Source of the DNA: Vicugna vicugna
Taxonomy: Eukaryota
Length of the DNA: 64,000 nt
Reading direction: 5' to 3'
Assembly (NCBI GenBank): GCA_013265495.1
Contig: MU057521.1
Span: forward strand, 1,190,335-1,254,334
A program made the position numbers and the translations under genes. Position 1 is the first letter of the stretch. Each line of letters opens with the position of its first letter. The notes below the pieces were generated by a model. That model made no database searches. It was given only the letters and a program-made list of their open reading frames with translations, and was not told where the DNA came from. Positions 63,661 to 64,000 of the stretch are shown here, one piece after another.

Positions 63661-64000
63661 TGAGGCCACTTCGTGGTGTACACTAAACAGCCTCTATTAT
63701 GTAATTTTTGGTGTTAGCCCTTTTCTTTGTAGATGGAGTACATAAAGTACAACTCTTAGTTATAATATTATGACTACTATTACATAGGAACTGGTGGTGT
63801 TTTAGAAATATAACTGTTTTAACCTTTATTAAACATAAATAGGCTAATATTTTCAATTACAAAAAAATACTTTCTTTACAATATACCAAGAATGTTGAAT
63901 GAGCCTCTTCTTTATTTATCTTTAATTTTCAATTTTTTTATGTGGGTTTCTAACATTAAGGGTTATCATTTTCATTATTTAGATCTGCAGAACTTTAACT

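Overview
This is mammalian genomic DNA, most likely camelid, judged from three tRNA-derived Vic-1-type SINEs and artiodactyl-type L1 3' ends. It holds the head-to-head gene pair PIGN (minus strand) and RELCH/KIAA1468 (plus strand), which share one CpG-island promoter (~28030-29160). PIGN: 11 coding exons were read directly with GT-AG boundaries and a continuous frame (1172 nt, residues 1-390), and the gene runs off the left edge. RELCH: coding exons 1-8 were read (1439 nt, residues 1-479), and the gene runs off the right edge. The rest is AT-rich intron with L1, L2, MIR, MER20, MER5 and MLT-like relics. I see no wholly new biological system. The best leads are a candidate 45-nt poison exon in RELCH intron 2, a cassette-like architecture around RELCH exon 3, non-conservative PIGN substitutions (P139A, P143A, S270F relative to the human sequence as recalled), an NPF-acidic EHD-type ligand at the RELCH N-terminus, and an unexplained ~530-bp GC-richer block flanked by a direct repeat in a PIGN intron. 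Gene and repeat family names come from recall, not from a database search.
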